Assembly: GCA_965203175.1 (NCBI GenBank)
Contig: OZ241867.1
Coordinates: 5,888,001 to 5,952,000 of the forward strand
From: Candidatus Latescibacterota bacterium
Lineage (GTDB): Bacteria > Latescibacterota > UBA2968 > UBA8231
DNA length: 64,000 bases
Direction of reading: 5' to 3'
Shown here: positions 27,361-37,576 of the stretch, piece by piece
Layout: each line of letters begins with the position of its first letter
Position numbering within the stretch: the stretch's first letter is position 1
The notes under the pieces: model-generated
Database searches by the model: none
What the model was told of the DNA's origin: nothing
The model's input: only the letters and a program-made list of their open reading frames with translations
Translations under genes and position numbers: made by a program

Positions 27361-28389
27361 GTGTATTCTTGTACGTCTGCGAACTCGGACGCGGCTACGC
27401 GAGTGGACGCGTCCTCCCCTCGCTGTGCTGATCATCCAGAATTTATCACTCAAAACGCCCAAGTCCGCCGTCTGCTAGCCCAAGCTGACCGGGTCGCTGA
27501 GTCCCCGGCGACCGTGCTCCTCACCGGAGAAAGCGGCACGGGCAAAGAAGTGCTAGCGAGACGCTTGCACAAGCGTAGCCCAAGACGCAGGGCCTCATTT
27601 GTGCGGCTTAACTGCGCCTCGCTACCTGAAGGCGTATTGGAAAGCGAACTGTTCGGACACGAGAAAGGGGCCTTTACTGGCGCGGTTCGCCAGCGCTTAG
27701 GCCGTTTTGAGCTAGCCAATCGCGGCACTTTGTTTCTCGACGAGATTGGCGCGGCAGACCTGCGCGTGCAGCTACGCCTGCTGCGCGTCTTACAAGAACG
27801 CGAATTCGAGCGAGTTGGGAGCGCGGAGACCTTGCGGGTGGATGTGCGGGTCATTGCCGCCACCAACGTCGATTTGCAGAAAGAGGTCCGCAAGGGGGCC
27901 TTCCGCGAAGATCTCTTCTACCGGCTCAACGTCGTGCCGCTGAAGCTGCCACCGCTGCGCCAGCGCAAAGGAGACATTCCGCTGTTGATCGAACACTTTA
28001 TCTGCCGATTGGCGGCTCAAAACAGGTGCAAAGTTCGCGGCCTCGACACCGCGGCCTTAAACCACCTCTTGGACTATCCATGGCCGGGCAATGTGCGACA
28101 ATTGGAAAACGCGCTCGAGCGCATGATCCTCCTGGCGAGTGGCAGCGTATTGCGGGAAGAGGACGTGCCCGAAGAGATCGTCCACTGGAAGGACGAAGAA
28201 GAGTCCGACCTAGGCCAACGCGGATTCAGGGAAGCGCGGAATTCGTTTGAGCGGCACTTCCTCTGCGAGGCCCTGCACCGGCATCGAGGAGTGATTTCGC
28301 AAGTGGCCGAAGACGTGGGACTATCGCGCAAGAGCCTGTATGCAAAGCTAGAAAATCTCGATATCAACTACCAACACTACCGAACTTAA
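27361..28389 (+). CDS. Sigma54-dependent enhancer-binding protein without N-terminal sensor domain
   Basis: GESGTGKE, ESELFGHEKGAFTGA, LFLDEIG, FREDLFYRLNV, WPGNVRQL, C-terminal Fis-type HTH. Only about 25 aa precede the AAA+ domain. Confidence 0.92.
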   Translation: MYSCTSANSDAATRVDASSPRCADHPEFITQNAQVRRLLAQADRVAESPATVLLTGESGTGKEVLARRLHKRSPRRRASFVRLNCASLPEGVLESELFGHEKGAFTGAVRQRLGRFELANRGTLFLDEIGAADLRVQLRLLRVLQEREFERVGSAETLRVDVRVIAATNVDLQKEVRKGAFREDLFYRLNVVPLKLPPLRQRKGDIPLLIEHFICRLAAQNRCKVRGLDTAALNHLLDYPWPGNVRQLENALERMILLASGSVLREEDVPEEIVHWKDEEESDLGQRGFREARNSFERHFLCEALHRHRGVISQVAEDVGLSRKSLYAKLENLDINYQHYRT

Positions 28390-28390
28390 C

Positions 28391-29449
28391 TCACAGGCGT
28401 GCGGCGAGCGCACGGCGAAATTTCGTCATCTGGCCCTCGAGGTAGGCCCGGTGCTCGCCATCGGTCGGCTCGAGCGCGAGAGCTTGGCGCATAATGGCTA
28501 CTGCGTGGGCATGCCGCCCCAACAGATGCAGCAATTCCGCATAGGTGTCCAAATAGACCGGGCTTTCCGCATTGAGCTTGACCGCACGCATCGACAGATT
28601 CAGCGCATAGCGGAGGCGCAAGCCTTCTTCTGCATAGGTCCAAGCTAGGTTGTTGAGGATCAGAGGATCATCTGGGGTACCGGCCAAGGCGCGCTCGTAG
28701 TATTCAATGGCACGGTCGGGCCGCTTGTGCTCGTAGTAGGTGAGGGCGATGTCAACCGCACTGATGACTCCGGCTTTCAGCGCTTGATCAAAAGTGCGAG
28801 CGGCTCGTTCAGCACGGCCCTGTTGGAGCTGACAATCTCCTAGGGTGCGGATGAGCTGCGGGTCATCAGGTTGAATGCGCACGGCCTCGGTGAGCGCGAT
28901 TTCGGCTTCGGCGAGACGCCCCTCGGCGATCAAGAGGCGGCTGAGTTCAATGTGGGCGAAAAGGTGGTGCTCGTCGAGTTGGATGGCGTGGCGCAGCGCT
29001 TCTATGGCTGCCTCGAATCGCTCCTGACGGGCATAGAGCCAGCCCTCGGTCGCCCACAGCGACGCACTCTGCTCATGGTCTGCGTGCAATTGCGCGAGGA
29101 GTTCTTCAGTTTGGGCAAAGCGCTCTTCTTCTTGGCAAATGTCACGCAGGGCTCTGTACAGGTCGTCGTTGTCTGGCGTCAAGGCAATGGCTTGGCCGAT
29201 CAACTCCAGCGCGGCATCTACTTCGCCTAGTCCCAGCCGGGCGAGGGCGGCGATGCGGAGCGAGCGGTCGTCCGGCCCGTCTTGGCGGATGGCTCGACGG
29301 ATTTCAATCAAGGCGTGGCCGTAGAGGCCATCGCGCAAATAGGCATGCGCTAGCTGGGCGTGCTCGGCTCGATAGGCACCACATTGGGGGTTGCTAATGA
29401 CGAACGTGCCAAGCAGAGCGCAGCAAACGGCCTGTCTAGCGACGTGCAT
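28391..29449 (-). CDS. Tetratricopeptide repeat protein
   Basis: Repeated A...Y..AL...P..... pattern, LNNLAWTYA, YLDTYA. Confidence 0.85.
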   Translation of the reverse strand: MHVARQAVCCALLGTFVISNPQCGAYRAEHAQLAHAYLRDGLYGHALIEIRRAIRQDGPDDRSLRIAALARLGLGEVDAALELIGQAIALTPDNDDLYRALRDICQEEERFAQTEELLAQLHADHEQSASLWATEGWLYARQERFEAAIEALRHAIQLDEHHLFAHIELSRLLIAEGRLAEAEIALTEAVRIQPDDPQLIRTLGDCQLQQGRAERAARTFDQALKAGVISAVDIALTYYEHKRPDRAIEYYERALAGTPDDPLILNNLAWTYAEEGLRLRYALNLSMRAVKLNAESPVYLDTYAELLHLLGRHAHAVAIMRQALALEPTDGEHRAYLEGQMTKFRRALAARL

Positions 29450-30688
29450 TCAGAACTCGTGGCGGTAAGTGCCGATGTGAAGTAGTAAGCCGATGGCGAT
29501 GAGGTTGGATAGCAGCGAGGAGCCTCCCGAACTTAGAAAGGGAAGTGGCAGGCCGGTGATGGGCATGACGCCGATAGTCATGCCGATATTGATAAACACG
29601 TGGAAGGTCAGCATCGCGGCCAAGCCGACAGCTGTCAGGCTGTAAAAGACGTTGTTGGCCGTGGAGGCGATGTGCAGCGCCCGATAGATGAGAAAAAAGA
29701 ACAAGCCCAGTACTATCAGGGCCACAACAAATCCCCCCTCCTCCCCGATGACCGAGAAGATGAAATCAGTGTGAGCCGCCGGCAGGAATTCGTGCTTGGT
29801 CTGCGTACCTTCTAGCAGGCCCTTACCTGTCAGCCCTCCGGAACCAATGGCGATCTTGGACTGGATGATGTTCCACCCGTCTCCAAGGGGATCGCTCTCC
29901 GGATTAAAGAAGGTCATAATGCGGGCTTTCTGGTATGGATGCAGGAAGTGCTCCAAAAAATATACTGTGAGCAAACCCGCCGAGGAGTTGATGACGGCCA
30001 TGGAAATGGTCAGCCAGAGTTGGCGTAGAAAATGGTGGATCAAGAAGGTGCTGCCGACGACGAAGGTGGCGAAGACGTAAGGGGTGGCCCCTTGCCACAG
30101 AGGATCTAAAGAGCAGAAGACGCTGATGAGCGGTGAGATGACGAGAAAGATGGAAAACTTGCGCATTCCCGCCCAATAGAGCATGGGAAAGAGCGGAGCA
30201 CCAAAGGAAACCGCAGTCCCCAAGTCGGGCTGACGCACAATCAGGGCGATCGGCACCAATATGAGCAACAAGGCTCCAAAAAAGCCGCGGAAGGAATTGA
30301 TGTGTTCGATATTGCGGTCGCTTAGGTAGCGCGCTAAGGCGATGATGGTCGCGATTTTGGCCAACTCCGAAGGCTGCACCATCAACGGCCCTAAGCGCAA
30401 CCAGCGGGTGGCATCGCCCGTGCCCCAAGCCAACACCGCGACTAGGCTCACAATGCCGAACAGGTATAGCAGGTAAGCAACGCTGTAAATGACCTTTTCC
30501 GGAACATAGACGATAGCTATGGCCACGGCGAAGGCCAAGATCGCAAATTGGACCTGCTTGCTCCAAGCGTTCTGCACCGAGGTGGAGTCGTTGTGATACG
30601 TAGCGCTATAGATCGCGATGATACCGAGCATCACGATCGTCAAAGTCCCAATAAGAAGCGGTAAGTCGAGTTGGCGGAGCAGGCGCAT
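29450..30688 (-). CDS. rodA: Rod shape-determining protein RodA (SEDS)
   Basis: QPSELAK, QPDLGTA, YQKARI, QSKIAIGSGG, HTDFIF, GLPLPFLS.GGSS; follows mrdA. Confidence 0.95.
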   Translation of the reverse strand: MRLLRQLDLPLLIGTLTIVMLGIIAIYSATYHNDSTSVQNAWSKQVQFAILAFAVAIAIVYVPEKVIYSVAYLLYLFGIVSLVAVLAWGTGDATRWLRLGPLMVQPSELAKIATIIALARYLSDRNIEHINSFRGFFGALLLILVPIALIVRQPDLGTAVSFGAPLFPMLYWAGMRKFSIFLVISPLISVFCSLDPLWQGATPYVFATFVVGSTFLIHHFLRQLWLTISMAVINSSAGLLTVYFLEHFLHPYQKARIMTFFNPESDPLGDGWNIIQSKIAIGSGGLTGKGLLEGTQTKHEFLPAAHTDFIFSVIGEEGGFVVALIVLGLFFFLIYRALHIASTANNVFYSLTAVGLAAMLTFHVFINIGMTIGVMPITGLPLPFLSSGGSSLLSNLIAIGLLLHIGTYRHEF

Positions 30689-30691
30689 GAG

Positions 30692-32464
30692 CTAGAGCAT
30701 TCCGTTGTTGGCTAAGAGCGTGTCAGCCTCGGTTACCTCTGGCTCAATGATGCCCTCTTGGATACAGAAGGCTTTGACGACCTCGCGCACGACTGGGCCG
30801 ACTCGCGCCCCACCGCTGCCGCCTCCTTCGACCACGGCCGCTATGACAATGGCTGGCTTCTCGTACGGAGCAAAAGCTACCATCCAAGCGTCGTCGTCGC
30901 GACTGGGCACTTGAGCGGTACCGGTCTTGGCCGCGATTGTGACGCCGTCCACCCGCGCTCGGCGGCCGGTACCGGTGTCGCTAGTCACTACTCGGCGCAT
31001 GGCCTTTCTCACGATGGCGAAGGTCCTTGACGAAATGCCGTCAATGCGTTGGCGGGGGGGGGGATCGCCGCTGATGTATGGCGTGACCAAGTAGCCGCCA
31101 TTGGCAATAGCAGCCACGTAGCGGGCCATCTGAATGGGCGTGACTAGCATGGCACCTTGGCCAATGGAGAGGTTGAGCTGGTGGCCGAAAGACCAGCCGC
31201 CGCGTTCTTTGTAGTACTGGCGCGAGGGCAGGAGGCCGGCGGCTTCTCCGGGATGGACGATCCCCGTCGGCTGGCCGAAGCCGAATTTAGCCGCGTACTT
31301 GTGCCACGTCTCAATACTCATCAGTCGGGCCAAATGGTAGAAGTAGACGTTGCAGGAGACCTCGATCGCCCCGGGGAGGGTCAGACCGCCGTGGCCTGTC
31401 CGCTTGTGGCAGCGAAACGTGCTCCTACCCACCCGCAGTGCACCATAACAGGGCTCAAACAGGCTCAGCGTATCGGTGACACCCGTTTCGAGCGCGGCGA
31501 TGGCACTAACCATCTTGAGTGTCGAGCCAGGTGGATAACGCCCATGCAAAGCGCGGTTGAGTAGCACAGTCGCGCTCTGCAACACCCGCCGCCGCTCCTT
31601 TTGGGCCTGGAAAGACACGAATACGTTGGGGTCAAAGGTCGGCTTGTTCGCCAGAGCCAGCACGGCCCCGGTGCGTGGGTCGAGCGCGACCAGCGCACCG
31701 GCTAGGCTATCGGGCAGGGCACGCTCAGCCGCGAGTTGTACCTCCAAGTCAATAGTCAGGTGCAGGGACTCGCCGGGCACGGGAAGCTGGTCGCGCTCTG
31801 GAAACTCCCGACCCGTGCGCCCGGCCGCGTCAATCTCGACGTACAACATTCCGTCGCGGCCGCGCAGGCTGTTTTCGTACACTTTCTCGATCCCGGTCTT
31901 GCCGATAAAGTCGCCGAGTACATAGGCGTTATCGTTTTTACCCTGTAGATCTTGGTCGCGGATGATGCCAATATAGCCGAGCAGGTGGGCGGCCGCCGTG
32001 CCGTAGGGATAGTAGCGCTGGGTCTCGATTTCAATGTCGAGCAGGGGCCAGTCGGCCTTGAGCCGCTCTTCGACAATCGATACCGTGCGGAAATCAACAT
32101 CGCGTTTGAGACGGATGGTGCGGTATTTGCGGCTGTACTTGCCGTCTAGTTCTGGGTCGCCAATGGCCTCTGTAAACGCCGCAGTAGCCGCGTCGAAATC
32201 CTTTTGCGAGGTGCGCTCCAATGAGACGGTATAAAACGGTCGGGTGCGAGCCAAGATGCGGCCATCGCGATCGTAGATCAGCCCGCGCGGGGCTTTGACG
32301 CGCCGCTGAGCAATGCGGTTTTCCTCGGACTCGCGGGCGTAGTCAGCCGAGGTGATAACCTGCAAATAGAACAGACGCAGGACCAAAACCGCGAACAGCA
32401 AGACGACGGGTACGAGGAGGCGGTTGAGGGGCGGGCGCTGATCTTGTTGTAGCTGGTGTTCCAT
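30692..32464 (-). CDS. mrdA: Penicillin-binding protein 2
   Basis: APRGLIYDRDG, GKTGIEKVYE, PGSTLK (SxxK), SCN, KTGTAQ. Confidence 0.95.
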   Translation of the reverse strand: MEHQLQQDQRPPLNRLLVPVVLLFAVLVLRLFYLQVITSADYARESEENRIAQRRVKAPRGLIYDRDGRILARTRPFYTVSLERTSQKDFDAATAAFTEAIGDPELDGKYSRKYRTIRLKRDVDFRTVSIVEERLKADWPLLDIEIETQRYYPYGTAAAHLLGYIGIIRDQDLQGKNDNAYVLGDFIGKTGIEKVYENSLRGRDGMLYVEIDAAGRTGREFPERDQLPVPGESLHLTIDLEVQLAAERALPDSLAGALVALDPRTGAVLALANKPTFDPNVFVSFQAQKERRRVLQSATVLLNRALHGRYPPGSTLKMVSAIAALETGVTDTLSLFEPCYGALRVGRSTFRCHKRTGHGGLTLPGAIEVSCNVYFYHLARLMSIETWHKYAAKFGFGQPTGIVHPGEAAGLLPSRQYYKERGGWSFGHQLNLSIGQGAMLVTPIQMARYVAAIANGGYLVTPYISGDPPPRQRIDGISSRTFAIVRKAMRRVVTSDTGTGRRARVDGVTIAAKTGTAQVPSRDDDAWMVAFAPYEKPAIVIAAVVEGGGSGGARVGPVVREVVKAFCIQEGIIEPEVTEADTLLANNGML

Positions 32465-32466
32465 AA

Positions 32467-32934
32467 TCAAGCGGGAAAGATATAGCGTTTGACAGTCAAG
32501 CCGGCTAAGCAAACCATACTGATCAGGCCTGTGTACACGGCGCGGCCCAAGATGCTACCCACCTCAAAGGGCACATCGGCGCTGGCTCCCACATAGTATA
32601 TGAGATCATGGCAGATCACAGCACCAAAAATCAGCGCGGTCTGAACTTGGATGCTATCGGCGACCATGCGAGTGTGGCTGTAGCCAAAACCCGCGCCGAT
32701 AAGCGACTTGGCAAACGCATTGACTCCGAGATCGGCGGGCAGATAGATGTCCTGGAAGATGCCGACCCCCAGTCCCATATAAGCCCCAACAACCGGCCCG
32801 CTGCGCAGCGCGATGAAGCTCAACGTCATAATCAATAAATCGGGTTTGATTGACCATACTTTTATAGAATCGACCCAAGTGGTTTGCAAGATGAAGGCCA
32901 GTGCCAGCAAGAGAATATGGCGGACCACAATCAT
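32467..32934 (-). CDS. mreD: Rod shape-determining protein MreD
   Basis: PDLLI, G..QD, LGVNAF; hydrophobic; directly upstream of mrdA. Confidence 0.85.
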   Translation of the reverse strand: MIVVRHILLLALAFILQTTWVDSIKVWSIKPDLLIMTLSFIALRSGPVVGAYMGLGVGIFQDIYLPADLGVNAFAKSLIGAGFGYSHTRMVADSIQVQTALIFGAVICHDLIYYVGASADVPFEVGSILGRAVYTGLISMVCLAGLTVKRYIFPA

Positions 32935-32935
32935 G

Positions 32936-34810
32936 TCACCTCGGGATTTGCAAGGTCGTGCCCGCCAGCAGCGTCTCCGAGAGGCCGATATTGTTCTGCC
33001 GGGCAATATCGCTGGGAGCGAGACCGAATTTGCGGGCGATGCTGTGCAGCGTATCGCCCGTGACTACGGTATACAGCCGCGCTTGCTCGTTGGCCACTGT
33101 TAGCTGTTGACCGGGCTTAATCAGCGCCTTTTCGAGACCGTTCCACGCCTGCAAGTCGGCGACGCTAACCGCAAATCGCCGGGCCAACTCCCACAACGTA
33201 TCGCCCTGCTGCACCGTATAAGTTCCGCCGCTCGTCACCTCTCGGAAGACAGGCTGTTGTCGCACCACCAATTCCTGACCGGGTTTGATCAAAGTAGTTT
33301 TGAGGCCATTCCATTTCATCAGATCGCGCAGGCTCACCCCGTGCTGGGAGGCGATGCGGCCGAGTACGTCGTTCGGGCGGACGGTATAGGTCCCCCGGCG
33401 ACCACTCGCTGGTTTGGCCCTCGGGGCAACCGGGATATAGAGCAACTGTCGCGGCCGGATGAGGTTGGGGTTTCTAAGACTATTGGCCGCGGCAATGACC
33501 CGCGTGGAGACGCCAAAGGTCTGGGCGATGCCAGAGATCGTATCGCCGCGCTGCACTCGGTATTGATGGACCGCGGCTTTCTGGGGGATTGGCAGACTGG
33601 CGTACTGGTCGAGCAAGATCGGGCCCTTGCCGGGCGGGACCCGAAGGGTATAAGGCGAGCTACTCCTCGGCGGCGTGATGTCTTGGCGTAGCTCGGGGTT
33701 GAGGTCGTGCAATACCTGGCGTTCGATGCCCAAGAGTTGAGCCGCTGCTTTCAGATCGACATAAAGCCAGTCTTTGGGCAGGACGACCTCCTCGTATGCA
33801 AAGGCTGGCTCTTCGGCTTGGGGTTCAAAGCCAAAAAGTTGTGGATCTTTGGCTATGACGGCCGCGGCCATGAAGAGTGGCACGTAGTTTTTCGTTTCGC
33901 GGGGCAAGTCGAGCTGCCAATAGTCGTTGGTGCCGGCGCGGACGATGGCCCGGCGGACTCGTCCTGGCCCACCGTTGTATGCGGCCAACGCTAAGCGCCA
34001 GTCGCCGAACTCTTCAAAAAGGTCTTTTAGGTAGAGGGCAGCTTTCTCGGTCGCCTTGATCGGGTCGCGCCGTTCGTCGATCCAGTGGGTGATCTCGAGA
34101 TCCATCATGCGGCCGGTGCGCGCCATAAACTGCCACAACCCCACGGCCCGCGACCGCGAATAGGCCCTTGGGTTGAGGCCGCTTTCGATGACCGCTACGT
34201 AGAAAAGGTCACTGGGCATCTCCTCGCGCCGAAGTATATCGCCGATCAGCGTGCGGTAGCGTCCGGCGCGCTGCAACCAAGTGGCAAAGGTCTTGCGACC
34301 CCGCGTCTGGAAAAAGCGGATCTTGGCGACGACGCGGTCATTGTCGTCAATTGGCATGTCGCAGCGAGGGCTGAGCTGGCGGATGCGGACCAAAAGCTTG
34401 GCATCGGCCGGCAGGTGCTCGATTTTTTCCTCGGATAGCAGCAGCAAGCGGCTGTTGTCGGGAAAGTCCTTCAAGTGCGGCAACAAGTCGAGGTATGCCT
34501 GCTCAATAGCCGATTCGAGCGTTGCGGCCTGCACGGTATCCACGAGCGCGTCGTGCTCGTCGAGGTCGGCTAAAATGCCGAAGGCCACATCGAGGGCCTC
34601 TTGCGCTCGTTGGGTCTGCCCTAGAGCGTGGCTTTCAATAGCGAGGTGCAAGTACCAGCGAACGGCGCGCAGATCGGCCATATCTGGCGGCGGGTCCACA
34701 ACCGTAGGCATGACCGGTGTGGTCGTCTCGTCGAAGACCAAAGGTCCGGTGCTTTTGCCATGGGCACAGGCCATGAAGAGCAATGCGATAATACAACAAT
34801 ACAAGCGCAT
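32936..34810 (-). CDS. MltD-like lytic transglycosylase lipoprotein with four LysM domains
   Basis: FMAC lipobox; IESGLNPRAYS...AVGLWQFM, LAAYNGG, ETKNYVP; four Y.V..(G/N)D(T/V)(L/I) repeats. Confidence 0.92.
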   Translation of the reverse strand: MRLYCCIIALLFMACAHGKSTGPLVFDETTTPVMPTVVDPPPDMADLRAVRWYLHLAIESHALGQTQRAQEALDVAFGILADLDEHDALVDTVQAATLESAIEQAYLDLLPHLKDFPDNSRLLLLSEEKIEHLPADAKLLVRIRQLSPRCDMPIDDNDRVVAKIRFFQTRGRKTFATWLQRAGRYRTLIGDILRREEMPSDLFYVAVIESGLNPRAYSRSRAVGLWQFMARTGRMMDLEITHWIDERRDPIKATEKAALYLKDLFEEFGDWRLALAAYNGGPGRVRRAIVRAGTNDYWQLDLPRETKNYVPLFMAAAVIAKDPQLFGFEPQAEEPAFAYEEVVLPKDWLYVDLKAAAQLLGIERQVLHDLNPELRQDITPPRSSSPYTLRVPPGKGPILLDQYASLPIPQKAAVHQYRVQRGDTISGIAQTFGVSTRVIAAANSLRNPNLIRPRQLLYIPVAPRAKPASGRRGTYTVRPNDVLGRIASQHGVSLRDLMKWNGLKTTLIKPGQELVVRQQPVFREVTSGGTYTVQQGDTLWELARRFAVSVADLQAWNGLEKALIKPGQQLTVANEQARLYTVVTGDTLHSIARKFGLAPSDIARQNNIGLSETLLAGTTLQIPR

Positions 34811-34816
34811 GACGCG

Positions 34817-35590
34817 TCAGTCCTCCTCCGAGACGAGGATCTGGGAGCGGACCTTGAGGGCAAGGGGATAGTACTTCCCGATTCGTTCAGCCGCGGCCTG
34901 GGCCTGTGCCTCGGTGCGGTAGTTACCGACTTCGATCTTGTAGTAAGGTTCCTTAAAGACCACGTTGATGTCTTCGCGCTTCAGGCGCTTTTTTGCGTCG
35001 CCCACTAGGCGGCTGGCCTTGTCGTGTTCTAGGAATTGGGCGATCTGCACCTTCCAGCCAATGGTAGTCACTAGCTCAAGCTCGGGTTCCACAGGACCAG
35101 AATCGGACACCGCGCTCGCCGGAACCTCAACGACATAAGCGTCGGCGTAGTCCGGACCGAGTGAGGAGACCTGCTCTTTGAGGGCCGTAGCCTCGGCGCG
35201 AGTGGCGTATTGGCCGGCTTGCAGTACTGAGTGCTCATTGCGGGCCACTAGATAAACCCTCACACCGAGCGCGCGTTCTAGCTCGGCGCGGCGCTGGCGG
35301 GCCATGGCTTCGTTACTCAGAGCAACTAGCTGGAGGCGATAGACCGAAGCCCTCGCTACCGGAGCGCGGTCCTGCGCGGGGACCGCTGGTTCCGCTGGGG
35401 TTTGGGTTTGGTCGCTTTCCTCTTTCTCGCGTTGAATCGGCTCAATTAGCAAGTCTTCGCCAAGGCTACGCGGGTCGAATTCTTCGCGACTAGTGGGTGC
35501 GGCGTCGCCCGAATCTGTGCGCCAACGCGGCGCGCTCGCGCAGTGAGCCGTGGCGAGTAGGGCCAATAATAGGATCGGATAGCTTTTCAT
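34817..35590 (-). CDS. SPOR domain protein (two SPOR domains, probable lipoprotein)
   Basis: Signal peptide ending in Cys; YRLQLVAL and WKVQI...YKIEVGNY motifs. Confidence 0.8.
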   Translation of the reverse strand: MKSYPILLLALLATAHCASAPRWRTDSGDAAPTSREEFDPRSLGEDLLIEPIQREKEESDQTQTPAEPAVPAQDRAPVARASVYRLQLVALSNEAMARQRRAELERALGVRVYLVARNEHSVLQAGQYATRAEATALKEQVSSLGPDYADAYVVEVPASAVSDSGPVEPELELVTTIGWKVQIAQFLEHDKASRLVGDAKKRLKREDINVVFKEPYYKIEVGNYRTEAQAQAAAERIGKYYPLALKVRSQILVSEED

Positions 35591-36627
35591 GGTTCGATCC
35601 AAGCGCGCAGGGCGGGTTCGTACGGAGCGCGGGCGACGCCCTTTTCCGAAATGATCGCCGACACCAAGCCGCAGGGTGTGACGTCAAAGGCCGGATTGTA
35701 AACGGGCACCGCGTCTGGGGCCGTGGGCTTGCCCATGCCTTCGCGGACCTCAGTTGCGTCGCGCTTCTCAATGGGAATTTCCGCACCCGAGGCCAATTCC
35801 ATGTCGAGGGTCGAGACCGGCGCGGCCACGTAGAAAGGCACGCCGTGCTCGCGGGCGAGAATGGCCAGCCCGTAGGTGCCGATCTTGTTGGCTACGTCGC
35901 CGTTGCTAGCGATGCGGTCAGCACCCACTATGCAGCAGTCAATCGCCTCATTTCGCAGCACGACCGCGGCCGCATTGTCGCAGATAACCCTGACATCGAT
36001 GCCGCTCTGCATCAGCTCCCACGCCGTCAGCCGCGAACCTTGGAGCAAGGGGCGGGTTTCGTCTGCAAACACGGCGACTTTCTTACCTGCCTCTTGGGCT
36101 GCATAGACGACCCCTAAGGCCGTGCCGTAATCAGCCGTAGCCAAGCCGCCGGCGTTGCAGTGGGTAATGACTTGGCTGCCATCGCGTAGGAGTGCCGCGC
36201 CGTGCGCGCCGATCTGGCGACAGATTTGGCGGTCTTCCTCAAAGAGGCGGTGCGCGGCCTCTAGCAGAGCGTCGCAGATGGCGTGGTTGTCGCGGCTTCG
36301 ACTCGCCGCCAACACCTCCTGCATCTGATCCAAGGCCCAGAACAGGTTGACCGCAGTGGGCCGGGTGCGGGCGAGGCGGGCAATATCATCTTCCACGCGG
36401 CGACAAAAGGCCTCGGGGGCGCAATCGACCGCGGCGCGCGCACCTACCACGACGCCGTACGCAGCCGCCAAGCCAATGGCCGGTGCACCGCGCACCACCA
36501 GCCCTTCAATAGCGCGGGCGATATCCTCGACGTGGCGGTAGGTCGCGTACACCAATTCCTCGGGCAAGCGAGTTTGATCGAGCAGGATCAGCGCATCGTC
36601 CTGCCATCTGAGCGTTTGCATCGGCAT
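35587..36627 (-). CDS. mtnA: Methylthioribose-1-phosphate isomerase
   Basis: LDQTRLP, VRGAPAIG, RPTAVNL, THCNAGGLAT, DETRPLLQGSRLT, NKIGTY, NPAFDVTP. Confidence 0.96.
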   Translation of the reverse strand: MPMQTLRWQDDALILLDQTRLPEELVYATYRHVEDIARAIEGLVVRGAPAIGLAAAYGVVVGARAAVDCAPEAFCRRVEDDIARLARTRPTAVNLFWALDQMQEVLAASRSRDNHAICDALLEAAHRLFEEDRQICRQIGAHGAALLRDGSQVITHCNAGGLATADYGTALGVVYAAQEAGKKVAVFADETRPLLQGSRLTAWELMQSGIDVRVICDNAAAVVLRNEAIDCCIVGADRIASNGDVANKIGTYGLAILAREHGVPFYVAAPVSTLDMELASGAEIPIEKRDATEVREGMGKPTAPDAVPVYNPAFDVTPCGLVSAIISEKGVARAPYEPALRAWIEP

Positions 36628-37028
36628 TAGAAAGTCGAAAATTCAAAGGGCTTTTCTGCGGCTTCCTCGGGCACATCCCCATCTGCGAAGTCCGTGCGCT
36701 CGGCGTCGCCCCACAGCCTCTCTAGGGCGTAGAAGTCGCGTGCCTCCTCGCGAAAGATGTGGACGACGAAATCGACGAAATCCATCAGCACCCAGCGCCG
36801 AGTATCCGCGCCCTCAATGTGCCAAGGTTTTTCTCCCATCTCGGCGAGCTGGTCTCGCACCGCATCGACGAGACTGCGGATGTGCTGTTCAGAGGAACCC
36901 GTACAAAGTAGGAAGTAGTCGCAGGCGTCGGAAACATCGCGCAGGTCCAACAAGGTTATTGCGAAGGCCTTCTTATCTTGTAAAATTTCTACGACGCGGG
37001 CGATGCGCGGCTCTTGACACAGGCTCAT
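36627..37028 (-). CDS. rsfS: Ribosome silencing factor
   Basis: DKKA, DYFLLCTG, WVLMDF.D.VVHIF....R.FY.LERLWGD. Confidence 0.95.
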   Translation of the reverse strand: MSLCQEPRIARVVEILQDKKAFAITLLDLRDVSDACDYFLLCTGSSEQHIRSLVDAVRDQLAEMGEKPWHIEGADTRRWVLMDFVDFVVHIFREEARDFYALERLWGDAERTDFADGDVPEEAAEKPFEFSTF

Positions 37029-37044
37029 AGATGTTTTCTCATGG

Positions 37045-37509
37045 TTACTTAGCCGGATCGAGTAGGCCGATGCGGCGGTAGTCGCGCCCGATGACAATCG
37101 AGACGCTCGCCAGACTGAACTGGCTTTCCTTCTGCTGCTGAATAAAATGAGGTATTCCCAAGACCTCCGCCACTTGTCGGGCTTGCTCGATATCGCCGTC
37201 CAAATCGACGACGAGGGTGTGGAGGTAATTAAAGCTGGGCGCGTTGCCTTCGTGAATCACGTCTAACCCGAGGGCACGGACCTTTTTGCGCAGGCGGGCG
37301 GCGACTTGCGATTCGCCTCCGCCGTTGAGAATTTCGACCCGAATGGGACTAAGCTGGGGAGCGGTTTCCGGCTTGGAGACTTCCTGTGGGGGCGTTGGCT
37401 CGGGTGCAGCAGATTGCGGCCAGAAGGCTGCCTTGAGGAGAAGGGCTATGGCCACAGTGGCCAGCCCCCACAAAATTAGCTCCTGCACGTAGAGATTTTC
37501 TCGATCCAT
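37045..37509 (-). CDS. LytR C-terminal domain membrane protein
   Basis: N-terminal TM segment; IRVEILNGGG...A, IVIGRDY. Confidence 0.82.
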   Translation of the reverse strand: MDRENLYVQELILWGLATVAIALLLKAAFWPQSAAPEPTPPQEVSKPETAPQLSPIRVEILNGGGESQVAARLRKKVRALGLDVIHEGNAPSFNYLHTLVVDLDGDIEQARQVAEVLGIPHFIQQQKESQFSLASVSIVIGRDYRRIGLLDPAK

Positions 37510-37576
37510 CGCTCCAACATCTTTAATTTAATGAATAAAAAACGTCAAGTTAAGTCAAGCAAACAAAGGATGATAC

